Shown here piece after piece: positions 1 to 6,476 of a stretch of DNA of 6,476 bases (positions within the stretch are counted from its first letter, which is position 1; each line of letters opens with the position of its first letter). This stretch comes from Prasinococcaceae sp. CCMP 1430 (Eukaryota; Plantae; Prasinodermophyta): assembly GCA_013416795.1 (NCBI GenBank), contig RQSC01001126.1, forward strand, positions 1-6,476. Direction: 5' to 3'. The translations under genes and the position numbers were made by a program. The notes beneath the pieces were generated by a model that searched no databases, was not told the origin of the DNA, and was given only the letters and a program-made list of their open reading frames with translations.

Positions 1-35
<35 letters not shown>
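1..35 (+). repeat. Poly(A) homopolymer, at least 35 nt (truncated by window edge); reads as 11 Lys codons in the rpoB frame
   Basis: Direct count of A at 1-35. Confidence 0.95.
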
Positions 36-40
<5 letters not shown>

Positions 41-2632
41 TCAATCATTTCCAAAATTAATAAAATTAAAAAACAACAACTGTTGTATTTAAAATTAAAA
101 AAGATAAAAAAAATATTATCAATTATCTCAAAAAATAATAAAACAAAAAATCAACAAAAACCGAAAAAATTAAAAAAAGAAGCCAACAAGATATTATCAA
201 TGATTTCAAAAAAAAATAAAACCAAAACTCAAAGAAAACCAAAAAAATTAAAAAATTTAAAAACACAAAAAATTGATCAAATAAATAAAACAGACAATGT
301 AGGGACTAAGCCACTAACTTTTTTAAATAGATATATACATCCTAAACCAATAGTAAATGCGATAAAAGATTTTTTCTGCTTAAATCAACTGTCACAATTT
401 ATGAACCAAACAAATCCATTAGCAGAATTAGCCCATAAACGTCGCTTAACCGTTTTAGGACCTGGTGGATTAAGTCGAGATAGAACAAATTTTCTTGTTC
501 GAGATATTCATCCTAGTTATTATGGGCGCATTTGTCCAATTGAAACACCTGAAGGAAAAAACGCCGGATTAGTTGGTTCTTTAGCAGCGTATGCACGTAT
601 AAATTCGCTTGGTTTTATAGAAACACCTTTTTATAAAGTAAAAAAAGGTTTTGTTATAAATCGAAATATTCCAATCTATTTAAAAGCAGATGAAGAAGAA
701 CAATTTAAAATTGCACCCGGAGATATTTTTTTAGATAAAAAAGGTAAAATCTTTGGAGAAATCATACCTGCAAGATATAATCAGGAATTTATAACAACTA
801 CAGCAAATAATATAGATTATATTGCTATTTCTCCTATTCAAATTTTTTCCATTGCAACGGCCTTAATTCCATTTTTAGAACATGATGATGGAAATAGAGC
901 CTTAATGGGGTCAAATATGCAACGTCAAGCATTACCGTTAATCTTTCCTGAAAGACCTTTAGTAGGCACTGGTTTGGAATCTAAAGTCGCACGAGATTCT
1001 TGTATGGTAGTGATTAATAAAGTTGCAGGTCAAGTTTCATTTGTTTCTTCAGAAAAAATTTGTATAAAAAATTCATTTGAAAATGAGATAATATATGAAT
1101 TAAAAAAATATCAAAGATCAAACCAAGAAACTTGTATTAATCAACGGCCTATTGTTTGGGTTGGCGAAAAAGTAATACCTGGCCAAGTTATTGCAGATGG
1201 ACCTGCGACAGAAGGTGGAGAATTAGCATTAGGTCAGAATTTACTTGCAGCATATATGCCTTGGGAAGGATATAATTTTGAAGATGCGATTGTAATAAGT
1301 GAACGTTTAATTTATGATGATGTATGTACCTCTATTCATATTGAAAAATTTGAAATTGAAACACGTGAAACAAAATTAGGTTCAGAAAAAATAACTCGCG
1401 AAATTCCTAATGAATCGGAGTATACCCTTCGGAATTTAGATGAAAAAGGCATTATTTGTATTGGGGCATGGGTCGAACCTGGCGATATTTTAGTAGGTAA
1501 GTTAACCCCAAAAGATGAATTTGAAAATGTACCTATACAAAAACTTATTAAAGCAATTTTTGGATTAAAATTAAGTAATGTACGAGACACCTCGTTACGA
1601 ATGCCTAAAGGTGAAAAAGGTAGAGTTGTCGATATACAAGTATTTAATAAAAAACAAAACTTAGATAGTCAAAGTATTCCGATTTCAAATACAAGTACTG
1701 TCGTTTGTGTTTATGTTGCTCAAAAAAGAAAAATTCGTATAGGAGATAAACTTTCCGGACGTCACGGTAATAAAGGAATTGTTTCCAAAATATTACCCCG
1801 ACAAGATATGCCTTATTTACCAGATGGTACACCAATTGATATTATTTTAAATCCTTTAGGAGTACCTTCTCGAATGAATGTGGGTCAAGTTTTTGAATGC
1901 TTATTAGCTTGGGCCGGAGAAAACTTAGGTTTGAGATTTAGATTAGTACCATTTGATGAAAAATATGGTTTAGAAGCTTCAAAATCTTTAGTCTATGAAC
2001 GATTAATACAAGCCAAAGTATTTAGCAATAAAAATTGGTTATTTAATAATCATCACCGTGGAAAAACGATATTATTCGATGGGCGTACAGGTGAATGTTT
2101 TGATTATCCTGTTACTGTAGGTAAAGCATATATTTTAAAACTTGTGCATTTAGTTGATGATAAAATGCATGCTCGTTCGATTGGGCCTTATTCTTTAGTA
2201 ACACAACAACCTTTAAAAGGTAAAGCACAACAAGGTGGTCAAAGATTAGGGGAGATGGAAGTTTGGGCATTAGAAGCTTTTGGCGCCGCGTATACTTTAG
2301 AAGAATTATTAACAATAAAATCAGATGATATACAAGGCCGTAATGAAGCTTTAAACTGTATTGTAAAAGGACAAGCTATTCCAAGAGCCGGTATACCTGA
2401 ATCATTTAAAGTTTTAATTCGAGAATTACAAGCATTATGTCTTGATATTGGGGTATATAAAACGGAAAAAGAAGAAAACGAAGATGAAAAAATTATTGAT
2501 AAAGAAGTCGATTTAATGAATAATCCCAATTCTATGGATACTACTACTAGTGCGACTAATAATAATAATCTTCATAATTCTAATACGGTTGAATTGTATC
2601 CGCCGCTTCGTCCAAATTATGAAATTATTTAA
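1..2632 (+). CDS. rpoB: DNA-directed RNA polymerase subunit beta, plastid/cyanobacterial type; 5'-partial (first full codon at 2; 876 aa in window)
   Basis: Motifs [76 protein letters not shown] and [15 protein letters not shown]. The frame has no stop from 2 to the TAA at 2630-2632, so TTG83 is not evidently the start. The N-terminal roughly one third of a normal beta is absent from the window. Confidence 0.97.
35..268 (+). repeat. Three degenerate in-frame tandem repeats of 78 bp / 26 aa inside rpoB (units start at 35, 113, 191)
   Basis: [26 protein letters not shown] / [26 protein letters not shown] / [26 protein letters not shown]. Hand alignment gives 14/26 identity for unit 1 vs 2 and 17/26 for unit 2 vs 3, with an exact 78-nt period. 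Confidence 0.9.
2540..2569 (+). repeat. Short in-frame trinucleotide runs (ACT)3 and (AAT)4 giving [10 protein letters not shown] in the rpoB C-terminal tail
   Basis: (ACT)3 at 2540-2548 and (AAT)4 at 2558-2569, read directly. Confidence 0.8.
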
Positions 2633-2678
2633 ATACGATTTATATTCATTTTGTACAACTTTAGTGTATTAAAAAATA

Positions 2679-2683
2679 AAGGA
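2679..2683 (+). promoter_or_regulatory. Putative Shine-Dalgarno site (AAGGA) for rpoC1
   Basis: AAGGA followed by an 8-nt all-A spacer and ATG at 2692. Confidence 0.65.
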
Positions 2684-2691
2684 AAAAAAAA

Positions 2692-3237
2692 ATGCTTAAA
2701 TATGAAAAGTATTTTAATTATATAAAAATTCATATTGCTTCACCGGACCGTATTCGTCAATGGGGAGAACGTATTTCGGCAAATGGAAATGTGGTAGGCA
2801 AAATAACAAAACCTGAAACAATAAATTATCGTACATTAAAACCCGAAAAAGATGGTTTGTTTTGTGAACGTATTTTTGGTCCAATTAAAGATAATCAATG
2901 TCAGTGTGGAAGATCAAAAATAGTACAACCAGGCCAATCGTTTTGTTCTCGTTGTGGTATGGAAATAACAGAATCAAGAGTTAGACGATACCGCATGGGG
3001 TATATACAATTATCTGCTGTTGTTGCGCATATCTGGTATTTAAAAAATAGACCTAGTTATATTTCAAATTTACTTAATATGAAAGTGAAAGAAGTAGAAC
3101 AAATTATCTATTTATATTCTTTTGTTGTTTTAAAAAAAACAAAAGAGTTTGAAAATAAAAAAATGCTAAATCATCAAGAGTGGGTTAATATTCACAAAAA
3201 AAGAAAAAAAAAAAAAAAAAAAAAATTCAAAATTTGA
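2692..3237 (+). CDS. rpoC1: RNA polymerase subunit gamma/beta' (rpoC1), N-terminal segment; homology continues in the +1 frame after the poly(A) tract
   Basis: [38 protein letters not shown], four-Cys zinc-binding domain CQC...CSRC (2899-2955), [12 protein letters not shown] and HIWYLK. The frame ends ...[18 protein letters not shown] at TGA 3235-3237. Confidence 0.93.
   Translation: MLKYEKYFNYIKIHIASPDRIRQWGERISANGNVVGKITKPETINYRTLKPEKDGLFCERIFGPIKDNQCQCGRSKIVQPGQSFCSRCGMEITESRVRRYRMGYIQLSAVVAHIWYLKNRPSYISNLLNMKVKEVEQIIYLYSFVVLKKTKEFENKKMLNHQEWVNIHKKRKKKKKKKFKI
3196..3225 (+). repeat. A7-G-A22 homopolymer tract at the rpoC1 frame switch
   Basis: A at 3196-3202, G at 3203, A at 3204-3225 (direct count). 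Confidence 0.95.
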
Positions 3238-4576
3238 AGTTCCTGAATTAGGAATGGGCGCAGAAGTTATTGAACAATTTTTAAAAGAATTAAATATTGA
3301 ATGGGAAATAAAAAAAATTAGAGAAGATATTGAAGAAGGTATTGAAGATCCTATCAAACATTCCAAATATATTCGTCGTTTACGTGTTATTAGAGCTTTT
3401 ATTAACACAGAAATTAAAGCTGAATGGATGATTCTTTCAATCATTCCTGTACTCCCCCCAGATTTAAGACCAATGGTTGAATTAGCACAAGGATTATTTG
3501 CAACCTCAGATTTAAATGAACTTTATAGAAGAACAATTTATCGTAATAATAGATTAATTAGATTACAAGAAGCTTCTGCACCTCAAGTTGTTATAAGAAA
3601 CGAAAAACGTATGCTACAAGAAGCTGTAGATGCTTTAATAGATAATGGTCGTCGTGGTAGTACTGTTTTAGGATTTAATAATAGACCATTAAAATCGTTA
3701 TCAGCTATCATTAAAGGTAAACAAGGAAGATTCCGACAAAATTTGTTAGGAAAGCGTGTAGATTATTCAGGACGTTCGGTTATTGTTGTAGAACCACAAT
3801 TAAAATTGTATCAATGTGGTTTACCTTTTGAAATGGCTATCGAATTATTTCAGCCATTTCTTATTCATGGGTTGATAAAACAAGGTTTAACTACAAGTTT
3901 AAAAATCGCTAAAAAATTAATCGAAAGTAACGATCCAATTATAAAATATGTTTTAGAAGATGTTATTCAAGGGCATCCTGTGTTACTTAATCGTGCTCCC
4001 ACTTTACATCGAATGAGTATTCAAGCTTTTGAACCAATTTTAATTGATGGGCGAGCAATTCAATTACATCCATTAGTTTGTGCGGCTTTTAATGCTGATT
4101 TTGATGGCGATCAAATGGCGGTTCATGTACCATTATCTGTAGAAGCAAGAGCTGAAGCGAAGCTATTAATGTTATCATCTAATAATTTATTGTCTCCTGC
4201 TACAGGAGATCCAATTATTACTCCAACACAAGATATGGTCTTAGGTTGTTATTATTTGACAGTAGATAATCCGCAAATACAAAAAGGTGTTGATAGTTAT
4301 TTTTTGAATATGGATGATGTTATTATGGCGTATGAACAAAATAAAATTAGTCTTCATGCTAAAATTTGGGTTCGTTGTGAACAAATTTTAGATTTATTAA
4401 ACAATGATAATACATTATTAAAAGTTCAAGTTGATTCAGCAGGTATAACTACAAAAATTTATCCAAATTGTCGTTTACGATATGATAAACAAGGAAATTT
4501 TATTTCTCAATATATACGAACTACAGCAGGCAGAATTATTTTTAATAAAATCATCGAAAAAGCTTTATGCTGTTAA
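3224..4576 (+). CDS. rpoC1: RNA polymerase subunit gamma/beta' (rpoC1), C-terminal segment with the catalytic site; first ATG at 3254 but homology starts earlier
   Basis: [62 protein letters not shown], catalytic NADFDGD (4091-4111) and TPTQDMVLG; stop TAA 4574-4576. This frame is open from 3170. Joining the segments by removing one A gives a 627-aa protein, about the usual length of cyanobacterial RpoC1. Confidence 0.95.
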   Translation, partial: NSKFEVPELGMGAEVIEQFLKELNIEWEIKKIREDIEEGIEDPIKHSKYIRRLRVIRAFINTEIKAEWMILSIIPVLPPDLRPMVELAQGLFATSDLNELYRRTIYRNNRLIRLQEASAPQVVIRNEKRMLQEAVDALIDNGRRGSTVLGFNNRPLKSLSAIIKGKQGRFRQNLLGKRVDYSGRSVIVVEPQLKLYQCGLPFEMAIELFQPFLIHGLIKQGLTTSLKIAKKLIESNDPIIKYVLEDVIQGHPVLLNRAPTLHRMSIQAFEPILIDGRAIQLHPLVCAAFNADFDGDQMAVHVPLSVEARAEAKLLMLSSNNLLSPATGDPIITPTQDMVLGCYYLTVDNPQIQKGVDSYFLNMDDVIMAYEQNKISLHAKIWVRCEQILDLLNNDNTLLKVQVDSAGITTKIYPNCRLRYDKQGNFISQYIRTTAGRIIFNKIIEKALCC

Positions 4577-4595
4577 TCTTTTTTTACTTGAATTA

Positions 4596-4600
4596 GAGGA
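4596..4600 (+). promoter_or_regulatory. Putative Shine-Dalgarno site (GAGGA) for rpoC2
   Basis: GAGGA, 8-nt spacer (AACCATAT), ATG at 4609. Confidence 0.75.
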
Positions 4601-4608
4601 AACCATAT

Positions 4609-6476
4609 ATGACAAATTCTTTAAAAAAAAATTTTTATTATAATTGTGTAATTGATAAAAAACAATTAAAAAAGATAATGTTATGGACATTTACCAATTA
4701 TGAAGCGGCAAATGTTGTACATATAGTAGACTACTTGAAAGATTTAGGTTTTCATTATGCAACAAAAGCAGGTTTTTCTATAAGTTTAGATGATTTAAAA
4801 ATACCAACATTGAAACGAGATTTATTATCAAAAACAGAAAATGAAATAAATATTAATGAAAGACGTTATATACGAGGCGAAATTACTATTGTAGAGAAAA
4901 TTCAAAATATTATTAATATTTGGAATAAAACAAGTATTCTTTTAAAAGAAGAAGTTATTAGTTATTTCAAAAAAACGGATCCATTAAATTCTGTATATGT
5001 AATGGCTTTTTCTGGAGCACGTGGTAATATATCTCAAGTACATCAATTAGTAGGTATGCGTGGTTTAATGGCAAATCCTCAAGGTCAAATTATTATTTTT
5101 CCAATAAAAAGTAATTTTAAAGAAGGATTAACTACTAGTGAATATTTTATTTCTTCTTATGGAGCACGTAAAGGTTTAATTGATACAGCATTAAGAACCG
5201 CAGACTCAGGCTATTTAACACGACGTTTAGTTGATGTTGCACAAGCTGTAATTATTCATGAAGTTGATTGTGCAACACAACATGGTATTTTACTAACTAA
5301 TTTTGCCGAAAGTAAAAAATCTTTAGAAGATAGATTGGTAGGAAGAATTTTACTTCAAAATATTTATCATCCAAAAACTCATGCGTTAATCGCTCAACGA
5401 AACCAAGATATTTCTATTACATTGGCACAAAATATTGTAAAAAATGGTATAACTCAAATTTGGGTCAGATCACCTTTAACTTGTGAAGCAAAAAATACTA
5501 TTTGTCAATATTGTTATGGTTGGAATCTTGCTAATTGTAGTATTATTCAACTAGGCGAAGCCGTAGGAATTATTGCTGCACAGTCTATTGGTGAACCTGG
5601 TACTCAATTAACTATGAGAACTTTTCATACTGGAGGTGTTTTTTCCGGCGATATCAAAAATGAAATAACACAAATAAAAGCTCCTTTTTGTGGAAAAATA
5701 ATTTATCCGGATTCAAAAAATTGTTTTGTTTCTACAGTTCATTGCTTAGATGGAAGCTATGGCTGGTTATTAGAAAATAATTTACAAATATTTTTACAAA
5801 ATACTGAAGGTAAAAAAATTAGTTTATTTTTTACAAAAGGCTCCATTGTTTATGTTTTACATAATCAATTTGTTGAGAAGAATCAATTACTCGCACAATT
5901 ATCTATAAATAATGATTCTAAATTGACAACGGAAAAACAATTAAAAAATTTAACTGCAGATTTTGCTGGAGAGATTTGTTTTGGACATTTAGAATTAGAA
6001 GAAAATAGAAACTATCAAGGTGTTAAAGCTGTTGATAAAACCGGAGGTTCTTTTTGGATTCTGTCCGGAGATGTATATAACATTCCTTCTTCGGCGAAAA
6101 TTTTAGTTAAGCGCAATGATTATGTAAAAAAAGGTGATGTTTTAGGTCAAAGAGTTTTAAATTCTAAAATTGGCGGTAAAGTACAGATTACGAAAAAGTT
6201 AGATAATAATATAGATATACTTAACATTATACAAGCTTCAGTAATTTTAGAAGATGCTTATATTAAAGAAGATATTTTAAAAATTGATGCCTTAAATAAT
6301 ATTTCTTATATTCTCAAAGAATTCTTTTTATATTTTGCAAATAATTCTAAATGTTTTCATTTAAAAATACATAATGGATCTAAAATATTTAATAATCAAG
6401 TTATTGCCGAACTTGTTGATTCACAAAATATTACCTATACTGGCGGTTGGTTAAAATTTTTAGGATTGCATTTGGC
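4609..6476 (+). CDS. rpoC2: RNA polymerase subunit beta'' (cyanobacterial beta'); 3'-partial, not in the supplied ORF track
   Basis: Hand translation gives 622 codons with no stop: MTNSLKKNFYYNCVIDKKQLK..., LGFHYATKAG, MAFSGARGN, bridge helix GARKGLIDTALRTADSGYLTRRLVDVAQ, Zn site VDC + RSPLTCEAKNTICQYCYG, and trigger loop AQSIGEPGTQLTMRTFHTGGV. Confidence 0.97.
   Translation, partial: MTNSLKKNFYYNCVIDKKQLKKIMLWTFTNYEAANVVHIVDYLKDLGFHYATKAGFSISLDDLKIPTLKRDLLSKTENEININERRYIRGEITIVEKIQNIINIWNKTSILLKEEVISYFKKTDPLNSVYVMAFSGARGNISQVHQLVGMRGLMANPQGQIIIFPIKSNFKEGLTTSEYFISSYGARKGLIDTALRTADSGYLTRRLVDVAQAVIIHEVDCATQHGILLTNFAESKKSLEDRLVGRILLQNIYHPKTHALIAQRNQDISITLAQNIVKNGITQIWVRSPLTCEAKNTICQYCYGWNLANCSIIQLGEAVGIIAAQSIGEPGTQLTMRTFHTGGVFSGDIKNEITQIKAPFCGKIIYPDSKNCFVSTVHCLDGSYGWLLENNLQIFLQNTEGKKISLFFTKGSIVYVLHNQFVEKNQLLAQLSINNDSKLTTEKQLKNLTADFAGEICFGHLELEENRNYQGVKAVDKTGGSFWILSGDVYNIPSSAKILVKRNDYVKKGDVLGQRVLNSKIGGKVQITKKLDNNIDILNIIQASVILEDAYIKEDILKIDALNNISYILKEFFLYFANNSKCFHLKIHNGSKIFNNQVIAELVDSQNITYTGGWLKFLGLHL
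5641..6476 (+). other. Start of the large SI3 (trigger-loop insertion) domain of RpoC2
   Basis: Sequence after HTGGV does not return to the second trigger helix within the window. It contains sandwich-barrel-hybrid-like motifs (GSIVYVLHNQFVEKNQLLAQ, ADFAGEI, WILSGDVY, LVKRNDYVKKGDVL, NNQVIAEL, TGGWLKF) as in cyanobacterial/plastid RpoC2. Confidence 0.8.

Noticed and set aside
1-35. Poly(U) tail as in dinoflagellate/chromerid plastid transcripts
   Set aside because: Such a tail would appear as T at the 3' end of the sense strand; this is A on the sense strand, upstream of coding sequence.
83-85. TTG start for rpoB proposed by the ORF track
   Set aside because: The frame is open back to position 2, repeat unit 1 begins at 35, there is no SD motif, and the beta N-terminal domains are missing, so the gene begins upstream of the window.
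35-268. CRISPR array or mobile-element repeat
   Set aside because: The units are degenerate, contiguous, in-frame coding repeats with no repeat-spacer alternation or terminal inverted repeats.
1336-2529. Minus-strand ORFs 1336-1590, 1644-1835, 2112-2315 and 2239-2529
   Set aside because: Short antisense shadows of rpoB with no recognisable motifs.
83-2632. Apparent cysteine enrichment (including the terminal CC of RpoC1)
   Set aside because: I count 12 Cys in the 849-aa RpoB ORF, which is not clearly above normal and is explicable by AT-biased drift to TGT.
2633-2691. Internal promoter (TTGTAC at 2651-2656) or hairpin (AATAC...GTATT; TTGTACAA palindrome) between rpoB and rpoC1
   Set aside because: No convincing -10 box at the correct spacing, and the matches are too short to be significant in AT-rich DNA.
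3235-3237. TGA readthrough or UGA=Trp code rescuing rpoC1
   Set aside because: Continuing in that frame gives non-homologous sequence with more TGA codons and then a TAG. Conserved Trp residues are all TGG, and homology lies in the +1 frame.
3196-3253. Group II/III intron at the rpoC1 break
   Set aside because: The protein alignment is continuous across the site with only about 10 surplus nt, leaving no room for intron structure.
3166-3444. Minus-strand 92-aa ORF spanning the rpoC1 break (poly-Phe)
   Set aside because: Antisense shadow; the Phe run is just the complement of the A tract, and there is no sign of independent coding.
2692-4576. rpoC1 as a pseudogene
   Set aside because: There is a single lesion in a homopolymer, catalytic and Zn motifs are intact, and the neighbouring subunits are intact.
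4577-4590. Intrinsic terminator at the T7 run after rpoC1
   Set aside because: No preceding GC-rich stem is visible, and it lies in a 32-nt spacer of a normally co-transcribed operon.
4574-4611. Division of beta' into rpoC1 and rpoC2 as a novelty
   Set aside because: This is the standard arrangement in cyanobacteria and plastids.

Overview
AT-rich window carrying the plastid/cyanobacterial-type RNA polymerase cluster rpoB-rpoC1-rpoC2, all on the + strand. rpoB is 5'-partial: its frame is open from the window start, upstream of the TTG at 83 used by the ORF track. rpoC2 (ATG 4609) is missing from the ORF track; I translated it by hand and it is open to the window end. All catalytic and Zn-binding motifs I can check are intact, so the enzyme looks functional. 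The source is most likely a divergent algal (non-land-plant) plastid or a reduced cyanobacterial endosymbiont; the lineage cannot be fixed from sequence alone. Three oddities stand out. (1) rpoC1 is broken by a +1 frameshift exactly at an A7-G-A22 tract (3196-3225). (2) rpoB carries a lysine-rich insertion of three 78-bp/26-aa tandem repeats, preceded by an A-run of at least 35 nt. (3) The rifampicin/RNA-hybrid pocket and other conserved sites carry unusual substitutions. The leading biological hypothesis is a polymerase that needs slippage on poly(A) to make its own catalytic subunit. A homopolymer sequencing or assembly error is the main competing explanation and cannot be excluded here.
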